Origin: an uncultured delta proteobacterium
GTDB lineage: Bacteria; Myxococcota_A; Polyangia; Polyangiales; Polyangiaceae
Length of the DNA stretch: 64,000 nucleotides
NCBI GenBank assembly: GCA_963696385.1
Contig: CAVOKF010000001.1
Span: 348,024 to 412,023 of the forward strand
Direction of reading: 5' to 3'
Under the pieces are notes generated by a model. It made no database searches, had not been told where the DNA came from, and saw nothing but the letters and a program-made list of their open reading frames with translations. This document shows, in pieces, positions 51,151 to 61,314 of this stretch (positions are counted from its first letter, which is position 1; each line of letters opens with the position of its first letter). Position numbers and translations under genes: made by a program.

Positions 51151-51840
51151 ATGGGCCCGCCGGCACCCGGCCGCAAATCCAGCCCTCGAGTCGCTTCGCC
51201 CTCTCCGGATCGGACGCCCCCGTCCCCGAACAAGCCCGCCGGTCGCCCCAAAGTCGACGGGCTCGGCGACGACGTGGGCGCGGCCGTGCTGGCCCGGCGC
51301 GTCGCAGACAGTCTGCGCGTCCTGCGAAAGGAGCGCGGATTGTCGTTGGACGAGCTCGCGCTGGCGAGCGGTGTGAGCCGCGCCGCTCTGTCGCAGATCG
51401 AGACGTGCCAATCGAATCCGAGCTTGTCGGTGCTCTGGAAGATCGCGGTCGGACTGAAGGTGCCCTTCAATACCCTGCTCGGACCGGATGAGTCGGAGAC
51501 CGCTCGACTCTTGAAGTCCGGAGATTCGACGCCGCTCCGTACGAGCGACGGGCGCGTCGAGAGCCGACTGCTGTCGCCTTCGGGAGCCTCTGCTCGGCTG
51601 GAGATCTACGAACTTCGCTTTCACGCCAAGGGTATTCTTCACAGCGAACCCCATGGACTGGGTGCGCACGAGACCGTCATCTTGCTCACCGGTGCGCTCC
51701 GGGTCAGCGTGCGCAACCAGAACTACGATTTGACGCCGGGCGACACGCTTTTCTTCGAGGCGAACGCGGCGCACTCGTACGAAAATCGGAGCTCGCACGA
51801 GAGTCGCTGTCTCGATGTCATCGGCTACGGGCTGACCTAA
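51151..51840 (+). CDS. XRE-HTH + cupin transcriptional regulator (SutR/PuuR-like architecture)
   Basis: GLSLDELALASGVSRAALSQIE...NPSL; SEPH..G..E; GDTLFF...HSYEN. Confidence 0.92.
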   Translation: MGPPAPGRKSSPRVASPSPDRTPPSPNKPAGRPKVDGLGDDVGAAVLARRVADSLRVLRKERGLSLDELALASGVSRAALSQIETCQSNPSLSVLWKIAVGLKVPFNTLLGPDESETARLLKSGDSTPLRTSDGRVESRLLSPSGASARLEIYELRFHAKGILHSEPHGLGAHETVILLTGALRVSVRNQNYDLTPGDTLFFEANAAHSYENRSSHESRCLDVIGYGLT

Positions 51841-51939
51841 CTCGTCGAGGAGCCCGATCGGGACCTCGTCGGCTGCTGCCGCCCGAGGCGTCCCCATTCG
51901 GGCCTGCCGCGTGCCGGCCCGCGGCGGGTGCGGACCCGA

Positions 51940-53727
51940 TCAGACCACGTAGTACAAGTCCGACCGCAGCCCGTCGGCAGGCGCCGTCAAACCGTAGCAG
52001 TGGGGGCACGCTCGGACGGCTGCAGGCGTCACGTGCCCGTAGGCGAACCGCACCGCCTCGATGGTCGAGGAACCGGGCCGCAGCGGGTCGCTCGCGAACA
52101 CGCGCTCGGCCGGCAGCCACCGATCGAAGCGAAGGTTCTGCATCGCGCGTGCAATGTCGTCGCGAACACCGCTCAGAAGCACGAGCACCTGGTCGCGGTC
52201 CATCTGTCGAAGAAAGTGCTCGAGCTTCTCCATGCAGACCAGGTCAGGGTTGCGAGTCCTGCGCAGGCGCAGCACGACGACCCTCGCGCCGGAGGTGGTG
52301 GCGGCGGCGGCCACCTCTTCGAAGAACCCGTCAAGCTCCGGCGCCGCGCCGAAGAAGAGCTCCCCCTCGACATCGTAGATCAGAACCGCCCGGCAGGGCG
52401 GGTCGGAGGGAAGGCGCCGCCGGATGACCCGATCGGCACCCAGCCACAGCTCGGTGGTTCGAAGACGAGAGGCTCGCGGAAGGAACAGAAGAATGGAGAG
52501 GCCGACGCCAATCAGGATCGAGAACTCGATGCTCACGAGCAACGCGGCCAGCGCGGTCACGAGCACCAGCCCGGCATCGTAGCGGGACGCGCGGAGTGCG
52601 TATCCGAGTCGTTTCCAGTCGATGAGCCGAGCGGCCGTGACGAGCAAGAGGCCCGCCAAGGCCGCTTTCGGAACGTATCGGGCCAGGGGGGCCGCCACCA
52701 CGACCACGAAGGCCACGGCGAGCGAAGCGAAGATGCCGGACGCGCGCGTCGCGGCCCCAGCCTGGTAGTTGATCGCCGATCGTGTCAGCGAGCCAGAGCC
52801 GGGCAAGCTCTGAAAGAAGCCACCGCCGAGATTCGCCAGGCCTTCGGCCAGGCACTGCCGATTGAAGTCAATCGTCTGGCCCGAGTGGTACGCGATGGAC
52901 TTGGCGATCGCCATGGCCTCCAGCAGCCCGAGAAGGGCGATCGCCAGCGCACTGCCCGACATTTCGCGCACCCAGCCGAACTTGATCTCCGGAATATGCG
53001 GCCAGGGCAGACCGCTCGGCACACTGCCGACGACCGACACCCGCGCCTCATGCCCTGGCGTGGGAACCGACCAGCCGAGCGCAGAGGCAGCCGTCGCCGC
53101 CACGACGAGTGCGACGAACATGTCGAGCTGCGGCAGCCGATGCTTTCGCACGACCTTCCGAAGCAAGACGACCAACACGACGGTGCCGGAGGCCACGGCG
53201 AGCGATCGAACGTTGACGGGCCCACCTGCCGTCAGCGTCAGGTAGAGTCGATGGATCACCAGCTTGTGGCCCCCGCCCCGGTCCGGCATCCCGACGACAT
53301 TTCCCACCTGGCCCAGGGCCACGAGCAAACCGGCTCCGGCCATGAATCCGATCACCACGGATTCGGAAATATACCGGGTCAGATCGCCCAGACGAAAGAC
53401 GGCAATCAAGATCTGTAGGGACCCCGCCATGATACCGAGCAAAAACATCGCCTCGGTCGCCTCGGGGCGCGCTTCGGGGTCGAAGAAGGCAAGGGCGCTG
53501 AAGACGACGAGCGAAATCGCGTTGGTGGGACCATTGATGAGGTGAGACGACGAGCCGAATACCGACGCGATCGCGGTAACGACGATGGCGGAATACAACC
53601 CGTAGCGCGGGTCGACGCCGGCGATGAGAGCGTAGGCCATGGCCTGCGGGAGCGAGATCGCCGCGACCGTGATCCCGGCCAAGCCATCGCGACGGAGTTC
53701 GTCGTATCCGTATGCAGCCCGGGTCAT
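51940..53727 (-). CDS. sulP: SulP/SLC26 sulfate permease with STAS domain
   Basis: AGITVAAISLPQAMAYA, GLYSA, GSLTRSA, GELFFG. Confidence 0.93.
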   Translation of the reverse strand: MTRAAYGYDELRRDGLAGITVAAISLPQAMAYALIAGVDPRYGLYSAIVVTAIASVFGSSSHLINGPTNAISLVVFSALAFFDPEARPEATEAMFLLGIMAGSLQILIAVFRLGDLTRYISESVVIGFMAGAGLLVALGQVGNVVGMPDRGGGHKLVIHRLYLTLTAGGPVNVRSLAVASGTVVLVVLLRKVVRKHRLPQLDMFVALVVAATAASALGWSVPTPGHEARVSVVGSVPSGLPWPHIPEIKFGWVREMSGSALAIALLGLLEAMAIAKSIAYHSGQTIDFNRQCLAEGLANLGGGFFQSLPGSGSLTRSAINYQAGAATRASGIFASLAVAFVVVVAAPLARYVPKAALAGLLLVTAARLIDWKRLGYALRASRYDAGLVLVTALAALLVSIEFSILIGVGLSILLFLPRASRLRTTELWLGADRVIRRRLPSDPPCRAVLIYDVEGELFFGAAPELDGFFEEVAAAATTSGARVVVLRLRRTRNPDLVCMEKLEHFLRQMDRDQVLVLLSGVRDDIARAMQNLRFDRWLPAERVFASDPLRPGSSTIEAVRFAYGHVTPAAVRACPHCYGLTAPADGLRSDLYYVV

Positions 53728-54875
53728 TTCGCCCTGGGCTTGCAGACGACATCGAAGATCCCGTTTTCGGAGAAGAATCGATCCTCGGCGTCGGCCCAAT
53801 GCTTTGCCACGAGTGTAATGGGGAAGAGGTCGACGGGAGGGAATCGGTCGCCGTGTTTCTTGAACACCTCGACACTCACGGGCCGGTACCCGTTCCGAGC
53901 GATGATCTCTTGCCCTTCGTCGGTGTAGAGAAACGATAGATAGGCCTCGGCGAGCGCCCGCGTGCCTTTGCGCTCGACGTTGGCGTCCACCCACGCGACG
54001 TACGGCTCTGCGCGAATGCTCACGGGGGGAACCACGACGTCGAGCTCGCCCTTGGACGCTTCGGCCTCGCGCCAAGCCTCGTTTTCCCACGTCACTTGAA
54101 CGTCGCCCACCCCTTCTTGTGCAAACGTTCGCGTCGCGTCGCGCGCACCGTCGTCGAGAGCGGCGACGTGATCGCACAGATCGGAGACGTACGCGCGTGC
54201 CGCATCGTCGTCGCCGCCGCGGCGAAGCACCGCCCCCCACGCCGCGAGTAAGCTCAGCCGCCCGTTTCCGGACGTCTTCGGGTTCGGCGTCACCACCGAA
54301 ACGCCCCGGCGAACAAGGTCCGGCCAATCATGAATGGCCGCCGGATTGCCCTTGTGAACCACGAACACAATCGTCGACGTATACGGCACAGAATTGTTGG
54401 GAAGCCGCCCGGCCCAGCCGGGCGCGATCCATCCCCGCTTGCGAAGCGCGTCGATGTCCGAGTACATCGCCAGCGTCACGACGTCCGCAGCAAGACCGTC
54501 GGCGACCGCGCGTGCTTGACGCGACGAGCCCCCGTGGGACTGTCGAATCTCGACCATCTTGCCCGTGCGGTGTCGGTAAGCGAGAGCGAACCGCTCGTTC
54601 AGATCGCGATACAGCTCGCGCGTCGGGTCGTAGGACACGTTGAGAAATGCGCCACCGACATCCTGAGCCCCGACGTTTTTTCCAAACACCACGGCAATCG
54701 ACACCGCCACGGCCAAGAGCGCCGCGACGTTGAGCCAGCGGTTCGGCCACGGACTGCCCGGCCGGAGCGACCGGATCTCGGAGTGAGGGTTCCCAGGTTG
54801 CGCACCACCCTGCGGGGATCTCACGGGTCGATTGGGGAACCATCGGGCCGGAAAACGCCGTTTCACGCGAAGCAT
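53724..54875 (-). CDS. sbp: Sulfate/thiosulfate-binding protein (start uncertain)
   Basis: LNVSYDPTRELY, QSHGGSSRQAR, PNPKTSG, TWENEA. Confidence 0.93.
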   Translation of the reverse strand: MLRVKRRFPARWFPNRPVRSPQGGAQPGNPHSEIRSLRPGSPWPNRWLNVAALLAVAVSIAVVFGKNVGAQDVGGAFLNVSYDPTRELYRDLNERFALAYRHRTGKMVEIRQSHGGSSRQARAVADGLAADVVTLAMYSDIDALRKRGWIAPGWAGRLPNNSVPYTSTIVFVVHKGNPAAIHDWPDLVRRGVSVVTPNPKTSGNGRLSLLAAWGAVLRRGGDDDAARAYVSDLCDHVAALDDGARDATRTFAQEGVGDVQVTWENEAWREAEASKGELDVVVPPVSIRAEPYVAWVDANVERKGTRALAEAYLSFLYTDEGQEIIARNGYRPVSVEVFKKHGDRFPPVDLFPITLVAKHWADAEDRFFSENGIFDVVCKPRAK

Positions 54876-54909
54876 CTATCATTACGGACGCGTGTCTTTC
54901 AATAGGAGA
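54874..54909. promoter_or_regulatory. Tandem degenerate boxes between sbp and cysK
   Basis: ATCTATCATTACGGAC at 54874; GTCTTTCAATAGGAGA at 54894. Confidence 0.55.
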
Positions 54910-55206
54910 GACCCGCGCCGGACGTTGGACAGCGCGCGCCCCAACCCGGGGGCCACACGAGCGACGCGCGAATGATTTGCGCGGCCGCGCCGGAGATGCG
55001 TGGGATTCGCGGGGGGAAGACCGGCCGATCCCCACGCGATCGCCCTCGAGGTCGCCCAAAACCCGAACGACGCGGGCGGGGCCACGGCGGCGCGGGGGAC
55101 GACGTTGGAGCGAAGGCGTGTCTCGTGCTACGAACGCCCGACGCGGGCTCGGCCGGTTGTCCCGATCGAGGACCACCCCGGCCGCACGGTCTCGCGGAAG
55201 GATGTC

Positions 55207-56184
55207 ATGGCCCACTGGTTCGAAGACAACGCTCAGTCCATCGGCCGCACGCCGCTCGTGCGCATCAATCACCTGCAAGACCGCCCGCGCGCCCGGATCC
55301 TCGCCAAGATCGAGGGACGCAACCCCGCGTATTCCGTCAAGTGCCGCCTCGGAGCGGCCATGGTGTGGGACGCCGAGAAGCGGGGTGTCCTCGGACCTGG
55401 CAAGGAGATCATCGAGCCGACCAGCGGCAACACCGGAATCGCGCTCGCGTTCGTCGCCGCCGCTCGCGGATACCCCCTCACGCTGACCATGCCCGAGACC
55501 ATGAGCATCGAGCGGCGCAAGCTCTTGGCTGCGTACGGCGCCAAACTCGTCCTGACCGAGGGGCCCAAAGGGATGAGCGGCGCCGTCGCGAAGTCCGAAG
55601 AGATCGCCGCTTCGAATCCGGCGCGCTACGTGCTTTTGCAGCAATTCAAGAATCCGGCGAACCCGGCGATTCATGAAACGACCACGGGACCGGAAATTTG
55701 GGAAGACACGGGAGGCGACGTCGACATCCTGGTCTCCGGGGTGGGCACCGGCGGCACGATCACGGGCGTTTCGCGCTACTTCGAGAAGACACGCGGAAAG
55801 CCCCTTCTCTCAGTGGCCGTCGAGCCCACGAACAGTCCCGTCATCGCGCAGAAGCGCGCGGGCCAGAACCTGGTACCCGGACCGCACAAGATTCAGGGAA
55901 TCGGCGCTGGCTTCATTCCCGACGTGCTGGACCTTTCGCTTGTCGATCAGGTGGAGGCCGTGACGAACGAGGAGGCGATCGACTACGCGCGCCGGCTCAC
56001 GCGCCGGGAGGGGATCCTGTCCGGGATATCGAGCGGGGCGGCGGTCGCCGTCGCGGTGCGGCTCGCCGCGCGGGCCGAACACGAAGGAAAAACCATCGTC
56101 GTCGTGCTGCCGGATTCGGGCGAGCGTTACCTCAGCACGGTCCTCTTCGAGGGGATCTACGACGCGCAGGGAATCGCGACTTGA
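55207..56184 (+). CDS. cysK: Cysteine synthase A
   Basis: [38 protein letters not shown]. Confidence 0.96.
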   Translation: MAHWFEDNAQSIGRTPLVRINHLQDRPRARILAKIEGRNPAYSVKCRLGAAMVWDAEKRGVLGPGKEIIEPTSGNTGIALAFVAAARGYPLTLTMPETMSIERRKLLAAYGAKLVLTEGPKGMSGAVAKSEEIAASNPARYVLLQQFKNPANPAIHETTTGPEIWEDTGGDVDILVSGVGTGGTITGVSRYFEKTRGKPLLSVAVEPTNSPVIAQKRAGQNLVPGPHKIQGIGAGFIPDVLDLSLVDQVEAVTNEEAIDYARRLTRREGILSGISSGAAVAVAVRLAARAEHEGKTIVVVLPDSGERYLSTVLFEGIYDAQGIAT

Positions 56185-57131
56185 GCGAGAGAACGACAAC
56201 GACGGAGTCCCGACCCGGCGCCCGCCCCGCGACCTGGACGCTCGGCGCGGTGGTGGAGGCCATCTGCCGGGCGAACGAGGGCAGCCGGACGGGCACGTTC
56301 GGACGGCGGCCGCTCCCCTCGCGATCGGCGGTCGCCGAGCTCGTCTCGGGGCTCCGAGCGGCGCTGTTTCCCTGGCATTTCGGCCCATCGGACCTGTCCG
56401 GCGAAGGGCTGGTCTATTACGTCGGTCGGACTCTCGACGCGTCGTTGGCCGTGCTCGAGGATCAGGTTCGGGTGGGCCTGCTGTTCGAGGGCCAGCACGG
56501 CGAGGCCGTCAGTGATGCGGATGCCCCTCGCGCGACGGCGATCGTGCACGCGTTCGCGTCCCGGCTTCCCGCATTGCGGGAGATGCTCGAGAGCGATGCG
56601 CGCGCCGCTTACGAAGGGGACCCGGCCGCCACAAGCGCGGACGAGACGAATTTCTCCTATGCGGGCATGACGGCCATCACCTACCACAGGATCGCCCACG
56701 AACTTCACCGGCTCGGGGTCCCGCTGATTCCGCGCATGATCTCCGAGCTCGCCCACTCCGTCACCGGCATCGACATCCATCCGGGAGCCGCGATCGGTCC
56801 GCGGTTTTTCATCGACCACGGTACCGGCGTGGTGATCGGGGAAACCTGCATCATCGGCGAGCATGTCCGCCTCTACCAGGGCGTCACGCTCGGAGCCAAA
56901 AGCTTTCCGACCGACGACCATGGGAACCCGGTCAAGGGCATCCCGCGCCACCCCATCGTCGAAGACGACGTCATCGTCTACGCGGGAGCGACCGTCCTGG
57001 GTCGGATCACGGTCGGACGTGGCTCGAGCGTCGGGGGCAACGTCTGGCTCACGCATAGCATCGCGCCCGGCACGCACGTCAGCCAGGCCCAGCTGCGTCA
57101 TGAGGTCTTCAACGACGGGGCGGGAATCTAG
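56181..57131 (+). CDS. cysE: Serine O-acetyltransferase (CysE/EpsC type)
   Basis: [41 protein letters not shown] overlap with cysK. Confidence 0.93.
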   Translation: MSERTTTTESRPGARPATWTLGAVVEAICRANEGSRTGTFGRRPLPSRSAVAELVSGLRAALFPWHFGPSDLSGEGLVYYVGRTLDASLAVLEDQVRVGLLFEGQHGEAVSDADAPRATAIVHAFASRLPALREMLESDARAAYEGDPAATSADETNFSYAGMTAITYHRIAHELHRLGVPLIPRMISELAHSVTGIDIHPGAAIGPRFFIDHGTGVVIGETCIIGEHVRLYQGVTLGAKSFPTDDHGNPVKGIPRHPIVEDDVIVYAGATVLGRITVGRGSSVGGNVWLTHSIAPGTHVSQAQLRHEVFNDGAGI

Positions 57132-57309
57132 TGACCGGGCACCTGCTGCATGCGCTGGGGCACAAGGCAGAGGCCGCGCACGCGTAGGAGCTTGCCATCG
57201 GCCTGTGCGAGGATCCCGAGACACGGGATTTCCTGCAACGCCAGGCGCGGTAGGCGGCTCAGTGCGCAAAGAGCGCAGACGCCGAGCGACGCGATCGACG
57301 TGCGCCCGG

Positions 57310-57650
57310 TGATGAAGGGCATGTGCCCGAAGGACAAGGAGGCGAAGCCCGGCAAGATCTTCGCCTGCGCGGTGCTCGGGAGCACCCAGACGGAAGAGGC
57401 ATGGGTCGAGGTGATGGACCGGATCGATGCCGAGACCCAGGGTCGATTCCCGGAGCCGTCGTTGCTCGGGGGCCTTCGCCTCGAGCCACCGACGAGCGGA
57501 CGGCGCATCGTGACACGGGGGGACAGGCGCGCAACGTTCGACGGACCGTTCCTCGAGAGCAAGGAGGTCATCGGAGGACTATTCTTCGTGCGCATGACGA
57601 GCCTCGACGACGCGGTGCGGTGGGCCGGCGCGTGCCACGCGCGCGGACAT
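57310..57650 (+). pseudogene. YciI/DGPF-domain fragment
   Basis: DGPFLESKEVIGG..F....LDDAVRWA; ends unclear. Confidence 0.6.
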
Positions 57651-57947
57651 GCTCGAGCGCACGGGAGGGGACCCACGACCCGACCTGGAGAGAGCGATCT
57701 CGCTCGCGACCAACGATGGCGAGAAGCGGCTGCTCGAGCGACGGCTCCGCGATCGTGTCGCGCGCACGCAGCCCTCTTGAGATCGGACGCGCCGGGCACC
57801 GGGGGTCGGCGTCCGCAGCGCGTGAGGTCCCTCATCAAACCCCGACGTGCGGATCCAGAGCAACTCGTGGCGCTCGGCGCGGGCTTCGGGTGAGCGTCCG
57901 CCCGCCATAGGCCCTCATCTGGCGTAATGCTATCGTCCGTGCGAGTC

Positions 57948-58229
57948 ATGGCGAAGGCCACCTGGAATGGCGCCGTGTTGGCCGAAAGTCTCGAGACCGT
58001 GGTCGTCGAGGGAAATCACTATTTCCCCGAGGCATCGATCCATCGGGAGTACTTCGTGCCGAGTGAGACGCACACGACATGCGCGTGGAAGGGCGTCGCA
58101 AGCTACTATGACGTGGTCGTCCAGGGTCGGTGCAACGCCGACGCCGCTTGGTTCTACCCGAGTCCGTCGGACGCAGCCAAAAGCATTCGGGGTCGGGTCG
58201 CCTTCTGGAAGGGTGTGGACGTGCGGTGA
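57948..58229 (+). CDS. DUF427 family protein
   Basis: AES..TVVVEGNHYFP, TTCAWKGVASYY, AAWFYP, VAFW. Confidence 0.9.
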   Translation: MAKATWNGAVLAESLETVVVEGNHYFPEASIHREYFVPSETHTTCAWKGVASYYDVVVQGRCNADAAWFYPSPSDAAKSIRGRVAFWKGVDVR

Positions 58230-58266
58230 GGCTGCCTGGAGCGCCGTCTCGAAACGGATTCTCGGA

Positions 58267-58836
58267 CTACCCGCATGCGGGCGCATCGACCGCGGCGGAC
58301 TCGCGGTCTGCGAGCCACGGCGACGAGTCCATCGATGGGCGGTCTCGAAGCACCAGACGCACCGTGACGAGCCGGCAGGCCATGGGGACAACGGCCCGAC
58401 CCCCGATGACCGCAATCGGCTCCAGGTCTCGCTCGAGCGCGTCGCATCGCGACGCCGAAACGATCTCGCGCGACGTCAGCCATACCCGAACGGATCGATC
58501 CGAAGCGCCGTTGCAGGCGAGGCGCACGATCACGCCCAGACCCACGTCGGCGCGTTTGAGGGCCACGAACGCGACGGCCGCATCGTCGCAGAGCACGAGC
58601 AATCCGGCCAGGTGCTTGAGCGGGCGGAGCGCCACGGGCAGCCACGCCAAATCGAGTCGAAGCCGCATCGCGGGCGAAATGCACGGCTCGATCGTGACGA
58701 ACAGCGCGGCTTGATGCGTCTGTTCCTCGTCGACCGTTCCCCCGATGGGATGCGCCAGAACCGGTAGCCACCCGAAGGCGCGCTCTTTGGGGGCGTTGCG
58801 CGCGACGATCCACTCAAGTGCGTGATCGGGGCTCAA
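58267..58836 (-). CDS. Hypothetical protein or gene remnant
   Basis: Long ORF with protein-like composition; no recognisable motif. Confidence 0.35.
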   Translation of the reverse strand: MSPDHALEWIVARNAPKERAFGWLPVLAHPIGGTVDEEQTHQAALFVTIEPCISPAMRLRLDLAWLPVALRPLKHLAGLLVLCDDAAVAFVALKRADVGLGVIVRLACNGASDRSVRVWLTSREIVSASRCDALERDLEPIAVIGGRAVVPMACRLVTVRLVLRDRPSMDSSPWLADRESAAVDAPACG

Positions 58837-59009
58837 GGAAACGGCCGTCGGCGCTTCGAAGCCGACGTGGCGAGTAGCCGGTCGAAAGCGTATCGATCAA
58901 CGAAGAGCCGCGGAAACCGCGGCGGTCACATATAACTCGTTAGGGGCTTCCGCCGTCGCTGTAATGGCGAACCGATTTGAAGGCTTCCGTTGTCACCGAG
59001 CCGCGAACC

Positions 59010-59650
59010 CGATTTGGCAAGTCATCGTGCGCACGAATTACAAATTGTGGCACGATACCAATAGCGAATTTTATCACGACTTCATTCATTACTTCAATCG
59101 CGTGACCGGGATGCAGCAACGGGGGTACTTCGAACGCAAGTACGTGCCCTTTCCCAATGGAAACGCGACGGTCGGGTCGATGCAGGTGAAGTACGACCAG
59201 TACGAAGGCGGTGAGGAGCGCATCGGTTGGCCGGGCCTTGCGGCCGGCGGGTGGGTCCTCGTCGATATTTTCCCGGGCATGACGTTCAACTTGCGCACGT
59301 CCGTGCTTCGAATCGATACCGCCATCCCGCTCGGAACCAACGAAACGATGATCGAGCTCCGAGGTCTCGCGTTGGCCCGGGACTCTCGGGAAGAACGCGC
59401 TCTTCGCATCCGCGATCACAATGCCATATGGGGACCCTTCGGTCGCAACCTGCATGAAGATCTGCTCGCCGTGACGGGCCAAGGGACGGCCCTGCGTGAC
59501 GGTGGGACCGACGTTCGCTGGCTGATCCACGCACGAGAAGAGGGCATGACCATCCACGACGAAGGCGGAATGCGCCACTTTTACGCCGAGTGGAGCCGGC
59601 GCATGGGTCGTTCGGCTTCGGACCCGTTTGCCGAGCGAGGCGGCCCGTGA
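59010..59650 (+). pseudogene. msmA: Methanesulfonate monooxygenase-like alpha subunit, catalytic half only (Rieske domain missing)
   Basis: NYKLWHDTNSEFYHDFIH, WGPFGRNLHEDL, IHDEGGMRHFYAEW; no CxH..CxxH upstream. Confidence 0.8.
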
Positions 59651-60102
59651 GAACGGTCGTCGAAAAGCTCGTGTACCGATCGTGCCTTTTGTTGGACGAC
59701 CTCGATTTCGAAGGCTTTCTGAGCCTTTGCGATGCCGATTTTCGCTACATCCTCCAGGCGTACGCCCCAGAGATTCGGCGCGACATGGTGTGGCTCGATC
59801 ACGATCGAGCGGGCATGCAGACACTATTTCGCAACCTACCGCGGCACCACAGCGATCCCTCGCCTTTGACCCGCCACGCGACCGTGTACACGGTGACGTT
59901 CGACGAACCGAACACACGGGCCACCGTCGTGTCCGCATTGCAGGTCTTTCGGACGGCCCTGGACGGCGGCGCAACGTCGCTCTTTGCCGTGGGAAAGCTG
60001 CACGACACCGTGAATCTCGCCGGCGGGTCGGCGCTCCTGGCGAGGCGAGCGATCCGGCTCGATACGCGCCAACTCGGGATCGGCAGCCACATTCCATTGT
60101 GA
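59647..60102 (+). CDS. msmB: Methanesulfonate monooxygenase-like beta subunit
   Basis: LVYRSCLLLD, AYAPEIRRDMVWL, LPRHHSD..LTRH, LDTRQLG; GTGA overlap. Confidence 0.8.
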   Translation: MRTVVEKLVYRSCLLLDDLDFEGFLSLCDADFRYILQAYAPEIRRDMVWLDHDRAGMQTLFRNLPRHHSDPSPLTRHATVYTVTFDEPNTRATVVSALQVFRTALDGGATSLFAVGKLHDTVNLAGGSALLARRAIRLDTRQLGIGSHIPL

Positions 60103-60148
60103 GGCTGCGCGTCGCCGCCGACAGGGCGGAACCCGTCGACCGGCCGTC

Positions 60149-61219
60149 TCAGACTCGGAGGTCCTGACTTTCCGGCACAGGCCCTCTCGACGCCGCGCGC
60201 GCCCGCAGTCGCTCCTGCGCCGCCCGGAGGGGTCGATCGTCGATCCATGCATCGTAATCAAAGTCGCGATCGAGAAAACCATAGGTGAGCTGAAAGTCCT
60301 TCTGCTGCCGGAAAAGCGCGACGCGCTCGCTCGATAGGTCCGGCGCAAGCGCAAGATGAAAGCCGCCGCGATAGGCCTCTTCGACCCCCTGCGAACTGGC
60401 GCGCGTCTCACCTTGCAGAACCTTGTGAACTCCTTCGACGTTGGTCTTGGCCCATTCGGCAGCACGAAGAGTCTGGTAGAGGAAGCGCACAAGCAGGTCG
60501 AAGTGGTCGGCCAGAAGGCTCTCGTGCACGGTGATGGGGCGCGGCGTCCCGTTGTTCACGCGAAAGCGGCGTTCCGGAAGCCGATCGAGGTCGATCCCGA
60601 CGACGGCCCCATGGCGGCGTGCGGCATCCGCCGCCGAAGCGCCCTTTACGTAGACCGCGTCGACCTCGCCCTTGATGAGCGGATCGAGCCCCTCCCAGAT
60701 CCCGCCGAGGCCGTCGCGCCGATTGTCGGAAGCACCGCGCCCGACCTCGACGAGTCGAACGTCGTCGAGCGTCAGGCCGACCGACGCGAGCGCGCCCTTG
60801 TAGCCCGCGAGGCTCATGCCTCGCGCAATGCTGCGACCACGGCGATTTTCGGCGAGGTCGGAGGCACGAAAGGCAGGTAGCGCGAGTCGCTTGCCTTTCA
60901 AGTGCTCCGGCGAGGTTATGGCTTCGCCGGGCCGCACGAGGATCGACTGCCACTCGTCAATCCATGTCAGGCCGACGAGCCGCGACGGGGCTCCTTGAGC
61001 CTTCGCGGGGATAGCAAGAAGATTGCCGCCCTCGCGAATCAGCGTTGGCAGCTCGTGGTCGTAATGATGCCGGGCGAGCTCGCCGCCTGCATCTTGCAAG
61101 GTTCGAACCCGAATCCCGTCTGGTTTGAACTCGTCATCGAGCCAGCCAAGCTTGTAGGCCAGGCCTGTGGCCGTGGGAACGGGGCAGCGGGTGAACCATA
61201 GGGTGTCCAACGCGGTCAT
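60149..61219 (-). CDS. DszB-like protein 3
   Basis: LWFTRCPVPTA, HYDH, IREGGN; paralog of 21777-22859; no signal peptide. Confidence 0.82.
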   Translation of the reverse strand: MTALDTLWFTRCPVPTATGLAYKLGWLDDEFKPDGIRVRTLQDAGGELARHHYDHELPTLIREGGNLLAIPAKAQGAPSRLVGLTWIDEWQSILVRPGEAITSPEHLKGKRLALPAFRASDLAENRRGRSIARGMSLAGYKGALASVGLTLDDVRLVEVGRGASDNRRDGLGGIWEGLDPLIKGEVDAVYVKGASAADAARRHGAVVGIDLDRLPERRFRVNNGTPRPITVHESLLADHFDLLVRFLYQTLRAAEWAKTNVEGVHKVLQGETRASSQGVEEAYRGGFHLALAPDLSSERVALFRQQKDFQLTYGFLDRDFDYDAWIDDRPLRAAQERLRARAASRGPVPESQDLRV

Positions 61220-61314
61220 GGAGTTTTCTCCGATCGAGAAACCTTGGAGGTCGTTTCGTGGTCACGGCCCGATCTTCGGATCCGGACCCAGGCTCAAAGC
61301 GTCGACGCTCTCGG

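Noticed and set aside
51940..54327. Extended N-termini on SulP, CysE (55698), ExbB (36050) and the permease ORF at 42671
   Set aside because: The extensions overlap real upstream genes in another frame; better starts exist at stop/start overlaps or after an RBS
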